Origin: Cycas panzhihuaensis
Lineage: Eukaryota > Plantae > Cycadophyta
Direction: 5' to 3'
Length of the DNA stretch: 64,000 bases
Assembly (NCBI GenBank): GCA_023213395.1
Contig: CM041465.1
Coordinates: 88,481,741 to 88,545,740, forward strand
A program made the translations under genes and the position numbers. The notes beneath the pieces are model-generated. The model was not told the origin of the DNA. It did not search any database and saw nothing but the letters and a program-made list of their open reading frames with translations. Each line of letters starts with the position of its first letter. The stretch's first letter is position 1. Positions 43,945 through 56,902 of this stretch are shown one piece after another.

Positions 43945-44869
43945 CAAGGAATAAATTAAGAAGTAAAGTAAGGAGGCCAAACTTTAAATGGCCAGAGAAG
44001 AAATGCTCCTAGACCTAATATATCAAAAGTAGCGCAATAACCAATTAAGTAGTGACAAGCCATTAGAAATATACCAACTTCATAGTAGCCAATTCCTCTA
44101 AGGCATTTAGACAATGCAATTGAAAGTTTGCCTAAAGAATATAATATTGTGAAAGACTTGCTTTGATATTCTATAGATATGAATATACATTAGGTAATAA
44201 GGTTACTGTACAAAAGGAATAGCTTATCAACATATTATTGTCAAAGAGTTTAGATAGAACATCATTGCCATATAAGGAGAGAAAATAATTGAGACAATTA
44301 TCCTCCTAGTAAAGTCTATGAATAATCCTATTTATTTATTAATAAAAATGCATGATGAGTTTATACTACACAATTATATAGTTCATGTAGGAGCACTGCA
44401 CAATGTGATGCCTTTTGTTATGATATAAGGCCTAGGGTTATAATGCACAAAAGTTGACTAGTTTATTAGAACTCTAGACAATAGTGTTATGTTTACAGTT
44501 GGGTAAGCCAAGGATCCAATTGTCAACCTCTTAGCAAATTTGAAGGTGATGGATGTTATCTCAATCATGGTGGTTGGTATGCCACCTGCATATGGTCTAC
44601 TATTAGGCAAAGATTGGTCTCATCAAACAACACTAATATTTCATATCAAAATGGGTTCTATAGCTTTCTTATTATATTGAGATATCATCTCTTTCCCTAG
44701 GGAAGAAAGGTATTCTAATCATGTGTAAGTAAATGGAGGAGGAATTGGTAGATCTTGTTTTGTTTCTAATGCCATGGGAACTTTTACCATTTCTTCATGC
44801 TAAAATAAAGGATTACCTATAGAGGAAGAATAAAAATATCAAAATAAGAAAGGAAACCTCACATAAATC

Positions 44870-45235
44870 TAGACTTGCACTTTGATGGGCCTATATCTAA
44901 ACTTGGAGTAGGTGCTAGTGTTGTTTATAGATTCCTTGAGGACATACTAACATTTTCTTATCTATTCAAATTTGATTATGCTAATAATATCACAAAGAAT
45001 GAGGCCTTAATTCTAGGGTTGTAAAGGGTCAAGGCTTGAAGATTAAATTGCTAAGGGTCTGAGGATTCTATCTTTGTAGTTCAACAAATTAGGGTTTTGC
45101 TCTACCAAATATGAAAGTTTAAAATCTTATAAGTAAGAGAGTATTGGAACTCATAGACAACTCTTAAGCCTTCAACATTGAACATGTTCCTAAGGAGGAT
45201 AACTAGTTTGTAGACTCTCTTGCAAGAGCAACATC
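44870..45235 (+). pseudogene. Additional archaeal-type RNase H domain remnant
   Basis: Motifs FDGPISKLGVGASVV, NNITKNEALILGL, DSIFVVQQI and FNIEHVPKEDN*FVDSLARA correspond to FDG..GAG, TNNxAEYEAL, GDSxLV and HVPRxxNxxADxLA. Confidence 0.88.
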
Positions 45236-48200
45236 CTTATTGGAAAATATCTTAGAAGTAGGCTGCAATCATGATGTAGTTGAGTTGATTACCATAGTTG
45301 TAGTATCAGATAATATGAAATATTAACAAGTATTTGATGATGATTAGGAAAAGACTAAATAATTACATAAATAATAAGAGTCTAAAATCAATTATGAGGT
45401 TGAAGTGGTAACCCTTAAGTAAAACAAGATCATTAAAAAGTATGGTTTCCTTGGAAACTCTTTAATGGAAATGATTCTCCAAAGATTAAACATATAGGAT
45501 CCGAGATTTAAAGAAAAATTTAGAGGAAAGAGTACTTGATAATTTGGGTGCTAAGGAAAACCCTAAGACCATTTTGATAAATAATGCTTACTCTCAAAAG
45601 GAAAAGGAAAATATTATTTTTCTATACATAGAATATCAAGACATCTTTGCTTGCTCTTATGAAGATATAAAGGTGTCCAACCTTGATATAATCCAACATT
45701 AGATTCCTTTAAAGTCGAGTTAGATCTTTTAAATAGAAAAAAGTTAGATAACCCTAAAATAAAGGACTTGATATGGAAAGAGGTGTAGAAGTTAAGATAT
45801 GCAAATAAAAATTTCGATTAGGTATTTAGAATGGGTTGTAATTTTGGTTTTGGTCTAAAAGAAAGATTGAAATATTGTTTGTGTGTTGATTTTCAAAACT
45901 TCAATAAGCATTCCCTTAAGGACAATCACCTTCTCCTACAAATAGAACCATTTTTTTGAAAGGTGTTAAATGGATTCTCTGGATTCAATCAAGTATTGGT
46001 GACAATTGAAAATATACATAACTATTTTTACCATACCGTGGGGCATATTTGCTTGCAAGAAAATGTCTATTGGGTTGATTAATATTATACCAATATTTCA
46101 AAAGGTTATGGACTATTTATTTAGGGATTTGATTGCCATCATAAGCATCATCTATTTAGATGACATGATTGTCATCTCTAAGAAACAAGTAGATAATATG
46201 GAATAACTAAGATCGGGAGTCCAAAAATATTGGCAATTTGGTATATCCCTTGATCTGAAAAATAATATTTTTGGTGTTACTGAATGAGAATTACTAAGAT
46301 ATACAATTTCAAAAGAAGGGACATATGTTGACCTTGAATGAGTAGTGACAATTAAAGGGCTATTATTACCTATTAATAAAAACAACCCAATCTTTCTTTG
46401 GTAAGATTTTTTGTTTTAGAAGATTTATCCTAGATTTAGCTAGGGTAACCCTTTTATTAACAAGTTGCTCAAGAAATCTTTGCCTTTTATGTGGGATTGT
46501 CTTGCTCATAAAGCCTTTGATAAGATCAAAGGTATTATCATGTAATTCTTGATATCAACTAGAATTGACTTTGACAAGGACTTCATTTTACATTACTATG
46601 CTTTACATGGAGTTCATGTAGCCATGCCATTGTAGAATGATGTAGATAACTAAGAAAGGCCAATAGTATTTTTAAGTAGAGCTTTAAAGGGTTACCAACT
46701 AAGATACATAGAAGTTGAGAAGCATGCATATATCTTGGTAAAGGTAATTGAAGACTTCATGTCTTATATTATTTATAATTATATAGTAGCATATGTCCCA
46801 TTAACCCTAGTAAAGGTTATGCTTACTCAAATTGAGCTATTAGGAGATGGGCCAAGTGGTTGACCAAAATCTAGAGGCTTAGAATTACTAAAGGACAAAG
46901 TTTCTCTAAATTAATAGTAGAGAGTGAAGCTTAAAATTTGATGATAATCAAGTGGAATTTTTAAGCTCGAAAGGAAAGACTCACTAATACGTTTCTAATT
47001 AAGGAGTGAACTTTATCTCATTTCTTACAAGATGTGAAATTTTATCTTGAAAATTCTAAAATGTTTTGAGTATATAAATAGAGAGGTTGAAAGATCACTA
47101 AAGTTAAGGGTGATCCCATATGTTTTAGTATATGTGCGGTGTTGCAAAAGGAGCTATGATGGAATCTTGTTAAGATGCTTAACCTTGGAAGAGGAATATG
47201 ATGTTTTTAAGGAATTCCATGCAAGGAGGTGTGGAGTGTATTTAAGATCTTATAAGATCTTCAAAGCCTAAAAGATATTAAGAGCATACTATTTTTGGCC
47301 TTTATTTTTAAAAAGCATTCCAAAAGATTAAAGGTTATATTGCTTGTTAAAAGTTTATAGGAAAATAAAAGGCAAGGCTAGTATATGTTGATCAACTTTT
47401 TGAGATTTGGAGTCTAGATTTTATTAGTCCTATTAACCCACTATTAAGGAAATGATATATATTTATTTTAATAGCAACAAACTATTTTACTAGATGGGCA
47501 AAGGCATTCATTACCAAAGGAAACTACTAGTATAATGATATATTTTATGTAGGATATTATAATTCCAAAGTTTAGAGTGTCTCATTACTTATTTTTTATA
47601 ATGTAGCATTTGTCTTAATTGAGATGTCAAGTTTACGTAAAGAAATGAGTATCGACTTGAATACTTCATTTAATTACTACCCTTAGGGTAATGGGTTTCT
47701 TGATCGATTCACCAATGAGAATTTGATTAAAATATTGAAAAAATTTTCCAAACTATATTAAAAGGATTGGCATGTAGAGTTATATCAAGTATTATGGGTC
47801 AACAAGATAATGACAAGGAAGCTCTGAGGTACTATCTTTACCTATTGGTATATGGAAAGGAAGCCATTCTTGTATCCCATCTTACATTGAATATCCTTTA
47901 GTTAGTTGATCAAGAGGATTATGAAATAACTCTTGTGACAAAGAGACTCAATCACCTATTAACTTTATAGGAGAAGTGAGAAGAAGCAAAGGATAATCTT
48001 AAGGCTTATCAACAAAAAATACAACATTTTTTGATAATTTTTTTCCTCAAAAACTAAATTTAGTTCAGGGGAGAGTTCTAGTGTAGGACAAAGCCAAAGA
48101 AAAGTCAAGAGTCCATAAGAAGTTTGATTTCTTATGGCTAGGACCATTCACTATTTTTGAAGAATTGGAGAAAATGCATTCAAATTAAAATAATAAAGTA

Positions 48201-48338
48201 GAGGAGTTATTGTTAAAACATCTTACAACCTCTTTATTACTTTGTAATTTATAAATATTTATATCTATGTAACATAGGTGTGACCCTCCATTGTAAATTT
48301 AATTGTGATGTAAAGATTGGTTGAGTTCATTACCTTTG

Positions 48339-48687
48339 TGTTAGAAAATAAGCATGCAAAGCTCTATACCATGTTAGAAAAATAATATGCTATGCATGTA
48401 ATATATGAACTAAGATGGTGAGTTAATGATACAACAATGAAGCTCAAAGAAGATGAAGTATGTACAAATGAATACAAAGATGGAGAAATGACCAAAACTC
48501 AAATTAAAATTAATGATAATATATATACTTATAGTATAAACTCACCATTAATGAGAGAACCCCATTGGTCAATCTTAAAAGTAGCACATATCTCTATGTG
48601 ACTTACAACCTCAAATATAAAATATATATAAATGTAGAGAGAGAGTGTATATGAGGGTGATTCTATAAGTAGATATTACACCCAACA
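48339..48687 (-). repeat. 3' LTR of element F
   Basis: Direct repeat of 56555-56902. Confidence 0.93.
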
Positions 48688-50666
48688 TTTCCCCTATAAT
48701 AGTCAATTACATAATGAAATGTCACATCAAATGATAAGTGTTGAGTCTTCAATTAAATGCTAGATCATAAGCTATTACAAGAATATAACTAGTTACTAAT
48801 GTTCATATGAGGAGAGAACACCATCCACTGGACCACATAGATAGCCAATTGCTGTGACTATTGGTAAACTAAGATGTTCCTTTGTGTATATGGTTCAATC
48901 AACGTTAGTAAGAGTAGCTATAAAGGGGTCCCATCTCTTGCTTATATGAGTTAATGAAAATAATATTCAAATGGTTTTATGGCTTGAAATTGCCTCTATG
49001 GGCTAAAAGGATGCCTCTTTAGGCATATATCATGCCAACATAGGCTAAAACATCTAATAATAAATGTCAGTACATGACTTGAAAGATAGATGTGCCTCAA
49101 GTATAACATGAGTAACTCTCTCAAATAATAAAGTTCTGTATGAAATAGGTTCTCTAGAGCTGAAAATAAGACCTTAGTACATGTTATCCCCTTATTTAGG
49201 GTATATCATATCAATAAATACCATGGAGTCTTTAAAAATACATATATATACTTGAAAAACTAAAAATAAAGAAAAAAGAAGTTATATTTTTTTTTTTGTC
49301 TTTGAAATTTTGTATTAAATTAACTATAAATAATATTAAGTGACCTACCAAATGAAAGCTCTCTCAATTATAAATCCAATGTAATCGATGGGATGAAGAT
49401 AAAGTCTCTTAGCTTAAGTTATTATGAAAAGATGACAAAGACTCTATAAACGCTGAAAATTAGGGGTTTAAACCCTATCATCGTGAGCTAAAGATCTTAT
49501 GGGCACTTAATATGACCTAGGGCTTATACAAACAAGGGTTGGGTAGACCTAAAATATTATCCAATATAATTAATTTTTTTGAATGTAAAAAAAATATTAA
49601 TCATGCCCAAAACATTAATATACACAAATAAAATATAAAAACCCTATTAGGGTTTACATGCCATTTTTGCTGAATCACCATTGTTTTATGATTATAGGTT
49701 GTAAGTATACACAAGGGGGGCAGCGTGATTCAATTGGCTTTGCTCCTTGATGCAGAGCAGTACCAAAATATTCACTTTTTGTCTTTAAAGATTTAACTTT
49801 ATTCTCATGCAAAATCTCTATTTTTCCACTGCTCAACTCATTTCGGCCTCTATTCACGACAAGAAAATACTTCTTACTCGAGAATACTCTAAATCTCCTT
49901 CACTATAGTTTGAAAAGCAAGGGTAACATTTGTAGCATCAAGTGCCATCATATGTTTATCACGGGGCTTCCATTGTTGTCTATAGATACATTTGCTCTTA
50001 GTGATGGCGTGAGCTCTATTCTCCTTCATCATGTCTCTTAATAGCTGCGATTCTATTTTCCTCATTATAAAGAGACAAATCAAGTGTCACCTAATCATAG
50101 AAGACCTTCTTCCAGAAATGCCATGCTATGGAGATAGGTCTAGACTTGGTGCACTAACAAAGTCAACATCATCTACAAATGACTACTTATGGCTATTAAG
50201 CATGGAACAACCATGAGCCCTTAGAAAAGAATGTTCTTGACTTTCCCTATCAAATTTGTTAGGAAAGCCAAACATGGAACTGTTGGGCTCTAGGAGAGAA
50301 TCATAGGAATCATCATTTGCTAAACCGGTTTCTACGGTTCTAGAAAATGGTGCATACTAATAGCCCTTCTTGATAGAGGGATTAACTAGTAAGAGAATGC
50401 ATTATATCCACTAGTAACTCTGCAGAGTTTAGGACAACCACCGATAACTCTATAGAGTTTAGTACAACCACCTATTCTCTACAAATCTTTATTTACTTTA
50501 ATTTCTTCAAACCTCTTCTACAACTTTAACATCTATACCATCTATTACTGACTAATAGAACATCATTCAGACACTTGACACTACACATAGCTATAGGAGA
50601 TGGTGCTCTAGAATAACTGAGATTATGGGTCAGGCGAGTATGGCTACAGTGAGCATGGGATGGCAA

Positions 50667-53600
50667 TATTAGAAAATAATGTTTATCCTAAGTCATAAGT
50701 TGATATGTCTTATGCATCCTTAAGTGACTATTAATGCACATCAATTACTAGTTAGTTCTAGGGTGGTTATAAACCCTATTAGTATATCTGTACTTACATC
50801 ATGGATAAGAATTGAATCAATTCTTTCTTTGATCATTAAGTCATCCAACATGGTATTAAAGCGGGACACCTTGACCTATTAAAGAAGAAGATCATCCTGA
50901 AGCTAGACCAGACCAAAAAAACTAAAGGATCTAAAAGGAAGCTAGAAGGATGAAAGAGGAAAGTGCTAAGCCACTTAAAGGTAGAAAGGACTCTAGACTA
51001 GTTCCGTACAACACCAGAGTATCGATTTATATAGCCGCACGATCAAATTTTTGAGGTTTTAGATTGACACAAAACTTCACCAAAATATAGATTAAGGTAT
51101 TTCAAGCAAGTTTTCCTTCTATGGTAAGTCCATCCGAGGTCATATTCATCAAGTTTTTGCCAAAACAAGTTTGCATGGAAGAGAGAAAATACAGTGAAAA
51201 ATCTTAAATTTTCTTCATTTTTTCACTAAAGATTGGATGTAAAAGATCATTCTTAAATTTCAATCACATTTGAAGACTTTTTCACAATGATTTATGGCTA
51301 TTTCAATCAAAATAAGCAATTTCCCTCTAGAACCCTTGCCATAAATTATAGTTTCGGTGATTTCTTCTCGTTTGAAGTCGATTTTAGATCCGAGTGCATT
51401 CTAGTTTATCTCTGAATAAGATTTCATTTAAGGTACACTTCATTTCCATACATATGACTTCTTGTACTATACGTAAATCCATATAATCATATAGCCTAGG
51501 GCATCAAGAATTATATTTTGGCTTAAGAATGACGTCCTTCATGTTAGCCTTATTCGAAAGTGAAAAACTCATTGATAATAATTATCACATATGGAAGATA
51601 GAAACCTTCTTAGGGCAAAAATATCTAGCAGATTGCTATTGGAAATGAAGCTAAACCTCAAGATGCGGTGATGCTAAAACTAATTGGGAAGAAAGGGACA
51701 ATCTGGACTCATAATATTAAAACTATCAATATCGACCCTCTTTTCATTTATGTAGAAAATCTTTATTCCACCCAAAGCATTTGGAAATATCTGGAGAATT
51801 TGTATGGGCCAAAAAATAGAGCTAAGATAATATCTCTTAAGGAAGAATTATTCAAACTCCACATGAAAGAGTTAGAAATAATCACAGAATTTTTACATAA
51901 GGTGATTTCGTTAAAAAATGATCTGGCTAGTGTAGGTGATCCAATCTCATATTAGGCATTAGTGGAATTCATGATTAGAAAACTACCCAAGTCATTTGAT
52001 GTTACAATAAACACAATCACTGAAGCAAATCAAATAGCAACTATGACAATAGACACCTTGACAGTACTCTTACTCCAATAGGAGCAAAGAAACAGGCGGT
52101 ACAAAGATGTAGGAGACCTTGAGGATGCATTTGCGTCCAGATTGAGTCTGGGATCTAGAGGACGAAGTAGAGGAAGAGGAAAAGCTCCAAAAACTCGTAC
52201 TTCATCATGAGGACGTTGGCAAGACTCAAGAGGATGAGGCAGCAATACACCATTAAAGATTTGTTACTCTTGTGATAAGATTGGTCACTTTGTTAATTCC
52301 TATAAAGCCTTTGATATATGTTACCATTATGGAAAATCAGGACACTACCCATACTGGTGCAAGAAATCAGACATCCAGAGAGGGAAGAAGCCCATGGGAA
52401 ACTATAGAAAAGAACAAGAAGGCGATGATGAGAATGATGAAGAGGAAGAAACAAAGCTCATTGTGGCACTTACAACAAGCATCCGGGATAAAGACATATG
52501 GTATATAGGTTCATGAGTGTCACATCATATGATAGGTTGAGAAGAGTGGTTCGAGACTTTACAGCCCTACACCGCCAGCAAATCAGTAGAATTGGGAGAC
52601 AAATACTCCCTTGAAATTAAAGGAATTGGAACTGTTGCAATTAAAATAAAAGACAGAATTGAAAAAATTAGAAATATAATTTTAGTGTCAAGTCTAAAAA
52701 TGAATCGCCTATCTATCTCTTAACTAAAAAGAAGGGATTAGTCATGTTTGATGAAAAGGGTTTTGTTACATCCTTGATATGAAAAATAATGGGAATACAA
52801 TTATAAAAGGGGTTGAGAGTAATGACCTGTATAGGCTGCTATCACACCCGATTATGCCTGATGTAAAAGCCTGTGCTGCTATAAGTCTTAATGAGAAAAT
52901 GTGGCGTTTGAAGTATGGTAATCTTCCCATAGAAAAATTAAAAAATACAAAGAAGAAAAGCTTAGTGACTAGTTTGCCTCACTTCACATCAAATATTTTC
53001 ATTTGTAAAGGGTATCAATTTAGTAAACAACACGCATAAACCATTTCAAGAAAGTAAGTGGCAGGCCCAAGAAAAATTAGAATTGATACATACAAATCTA
53101 TGTGGTCCTTTCACTCCACACTCCATAAAAAGAAGTAGATACTTTTTACTTTTATAGATGATTTGACTAGAAAGACTTGGGTTTATTTTATGTACTAAAT
53201 CGATGTTTTGATATGTTTAAAGAATTCAAAGTGAAATAAAACTAGAAACTAATACTAAAATCAAATGCATAAGGTCTAACGATGGAGGTGAATATACCTC
53301 CAAAGAATTTTGGAGTATTGAAAAGCTCGAGAAATACGAAGACAATTTTCAACTCCCTACACACCCTAATCCAATGGGGTTGCAGAAAGGAAAAATAGGG
53401 TTATCATAGAAATGGCAAGGAGTATGATGCATGGGAAAAATGTTCCAAAGTCATACTGGGCCGAAGCAGTTAGTACAGCCTGCTATTTACTAAATAGAAG
53501 TTCAACAAAGGCAATAGAACGATACACTCCAGAAGAAGCATGGTCGAAGGAAGCCGACATAAGCCATTTAAAGGTATTTGGAAGTCAAGCCTTTATTCAT

Positions 53601-55726
53601 ATCCCAAATAAGAGAAGAACTAAGCTAGATTCAAAAGTCTAGAATGCATCATGGTAGGATGTAGAAAAAGTTCAAAGGCATACAAGTGTATAGATCCCAA
53701 AACCAATAAAGTTTATGTAAGTCAAGATGTTGTCTTCAATGAGGAAGACAAAGAAGAAAATACAAGTAATAGAAAGGATACCTCAAGCAACTCCACCATG
53801 CAACTCGTAAAAGAAAAATCGGATATAACTTTAGAAGAAATCCCAAAAGGATCCGCCTCATCCCGAAATTGTACTCAAACTCCACCATTGAAGAAGGCCC
53901 TCTAAGGAAGCAAATGTTGAAGGAAAAAGGTCCCCGATGGTATCTCAAAACTATAAAGGAAAGTAAAGGTGAGATATTTTCTCATAGAACCAGAAGCTAA
54001 AATCCAAGGGCCTTATTTAGTAGTATAGAGTCATAATCCCTTTCTGAAGCCAAAGATCATACATAATAGAAGAAGGCCATGGATGATGAGATAAATTCAA
54101 TAAATAAAAATCAAACCTAGGAATTAGTAGATCTACCATTAAATAGATCAACTATAAACTGCAAATGGGTATATAAAATAAAAAGAGGCCACGATGGAAA
54201 GATTGAGAAACACAAGGCTAGATTAGTTGTAAAAGGATATACCCAAACTGCAAGGATAGACTACGAAGAAAATTTCTCTCCAGTGGCCAAATTAAACACA
54301 GTAAGAACAGTCATAGCCCTGGTAGATCAAAGAAATTGGAAAATATTTCAGTTGGACATAAAAAGTACTTTTTTGAATGGAGAACTAGAAGAAGAGGTGT
54401 ATATATCCTAACGTAAGGCTATATTAGAAAAGGATAAGAGCATTTAATATGCAAGTTAAAATTGTTCTATATGGTTTGAAGCAAGCTCTCTGCATGGTAT
54501 GCTAAATTAGATAGCCATCTTAGTAAAAATGGGTTTATAAGGGATAGCTCAGATTCAAGTTTATATATAGAAAATAGAAATGGAACAATAAGCATAATAG
54601 CAGCTTACGTAGATGACATGATCCTTACAGGTGATGATAACGAATCATTATCTGATATAAAGAAGCAATTGGAAAAGAAATTTGAGATGACTGACTTGGG
54701 ACTTCTCAACTATTACGGGATCTAAATTAAACAATAAGTCGGTTTAGTTACCTTCACAAAGCAAATATGTTAAAGATGAAGTTTAGAATGGAAGAGTGCA
54801 ATCCTTGCTCTACTCCCATGGAAGTAAACTGTAATTTAGTGCTAGTTAAAGGAGAACCTTGCTTTAATGCTATGTTATACAGACAACTTGTTGGAAGTCT
54901 CATCTACCTCACAACAACTAGACCTGACATCTTGTATGCTGTGAGTCTAATATCAAGATATATGCATGAGCCAAAAATAAGACATTAGAATGCTGGAAAA
55001 AGAATCTTGAGATATCTCAAAGGAGTAATTGAATTGAAACTAATATTTTAAAGGAAACATCGTGCCAACTAATGGGATTCTCGTGACTCAGTTAGGCGGT
55101 GATAAAGAACAAAGAAAGTTAACGATGGATATTACTTCTTCCTAAGATCATCACCAATCTCTTGAGCAAGAAAAATAAGCCACTATAGCACTATCATCAA
55201 CCAAAGCAGAATATAAATCAGTCATCAGTGCCGTAGTAGAAGCAGTTTGGCTCAGACAAATAATGAAAGACTTGAAAGCTCCTCAAAAATCTGCAACGAC
55301 TCTTTATTATGACAATCGTAGTACAATCAAGCTCACCAAAAATCTAGTATTGCATTCCGTAACTAAATACCTTAAAGTTCAATATCACTTTATTAGGAAA
55401 AGGTTCAAAATAAAGAAATAGATCTTGTTTATTGTCCTACAAATGAAAAAATAGCTAATATATTAACAAAACCACTAAGGAAAGATAAATTTCAAATTCT
55501 TAGAGACAAAATAGGACTAGTTAGATAAAACATTAAGAGAGGGTGTTAGAAAATAATGTTTTATCCTAAGTCATAAGTTAATAAGTCTTATGCATCCTTA
55601 AGTGACCTTAATACACATAAATTCTTGGTTAGTTTTAGGTGGTTACAAACCTTATTAGTATATATGTACTTACATTATGAATAAGAATTGAATCGATTCT
55701 CTTTTGATCATTGAGTTTATCCAACA
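50667..55726 (+). mobile_element. Full-length Ty1/copia element G with short (~184 bp) LTRs, nested in F
   Basis: LTRs 50667-50850 and 55544-55726, PBS tggtattaaagc (50851-50862), PPT attaagagaggg. TSD not recoverable. Confidence 0.95.
51529..55528 (+). pseudogene. copia gag-pol pseudogene of element G
   Basis: IWKYLENLY Gag, two knuckle remnants near 52260-52360, NGVAERKNR..MARSM..YWAEAVSTACYL integrase, YVDDM RT, YRQLVGSLIYLTTTRPDI. Confidence 0.93.
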
Positions 55727-56554
55727 AACACCGACTTCTATATCATCATTTAGGGCTTCAAATCTTTCAACTTACAATAGACAATGGCATGCGAACACAT
55801 CAATTCTACACCATGGTCTCATTACTCGTAATCTCGGAGCTTGCATAATAGTAATAGTTGTAGTGATAACATCCACACCTAATGTTTCAAATAACTATCA
55901 TAGGACTTTATTATTATTATTTTTTAATATTTTTGATAATAGATTTAATACGTTTGACTCCTTCTTACTTATAGTAGGTTTGTTATTTGTGCAAGGTGAT
56001 CATGCCTACATTTAGAGCTCTTTTGCAATAATTTTTGCTTCAAATAATAAGCTTTAAATATATGTTTTATAACCCTTGAATCAAAACCTACATGTTATAA
56101 AATGGACCCACATGCAGCTTCAAATCTGGTCACAAAAAACATAAATCTATAGCTTTAAAACAACTCTACAGTAACTTCAAATCTCTAAAAATTAAGCTTA
56201 AAAAATAGTCTTAAAATAGCTTCAGAACAAGCTTCAAAGTAGCCTTTAATAATAACTCCAATTAGGATTTGAACAGCCTTTAAACAATATCAAAACAACT
56301 CCTTTAAATTTAAAAAGTAATGATGAAATACCCCAAATACATCAAAAACAATCCCTTAAAAATATGCATAAAGTGCAATAAACGTTGGCTCCAAATAACT
56401 TTAAATAATCCTTTAAATAAACAATGAACATGTCACTAATCAAGCACAGTATAGGTTCCTCAAAAATTTGAAAAGGCTTCAAAAATCAAAAGGATAACGT
56501 ACAAGGCTCTATAATATTGTCCTTAAGGATTCAAAACCTTGGACTCTCATACCA

Positions 56555-56902
56555 TGTTAGAAAATAAGCATGCAAAACTCTATACTATATTAGAAAAATA
56601 ATATACTATGCATGCAATAGATGAACTAAGATGGTGAGTTAATGATGCAACAATGAAGCTTAAAGAAGATGAAGTATGTACAAATGAATATGAGAGATGG
56701 AGAAATAGCCAAAACTCAATTTAGAATGAATGATAATATACATTCTTATAACACAAGTTTACCATTAATGAGAGAACCCCATTGGTCAATCTTAAAGGTA
56801 ACATACATCTCTATATAGCTCACAACCTTAAATATAAAATATACATAAATGTAGAGAGAGTATATATGAGAGTGATTATATACTTGAGTATTACACCTAA
56901 TA
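56555..56902 (-). repeat. 5' LTR of element F
   Basis: Adjacent to the PBS and the TSD CTTTG. Confidence 0.93.

Larger units (their letters stand above)
37700..48245 (+). mobile_element. Ty3/gypsy Tat-clade element, decayed, order gag-PR-aRH-RT-RH-INT, interrupted by E
   Basis: Gag IRLFVHLLEGGVVDWF..LPNGFITNW (~37870-37950), protease HNYIVHVGALHNVMP (~44370-44415), extra RNase H (~44870-45235), RT CVDFQNFNK and IYLDD, RH DFDKDFILH and ERPIVFLSRAL, integrase DGILLRCL, WSLDFISPIN, ATNYFTRWA, NYYP*GNG and WLGPF. Confidence 0.9.
48339..56902 (-). mobile_element. Non-autonomous LTR element F (LARD/TRIM-like), hosting G
   Basis: LTRs 48339-48687 and 56555-56902, TSD CTTTG on both sides, PBS tggtatgagagt (56543-56554), PPT taggggaaa (48688-48696). 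About 2.8 kb of internal sequence with no recognisable pol motif. Confidence 0.88.

Noticed and set aside
50662-55731. TSD for element G
   Set aside because: Flanks ggcaa and aacac match at only 2 of 5 positions.
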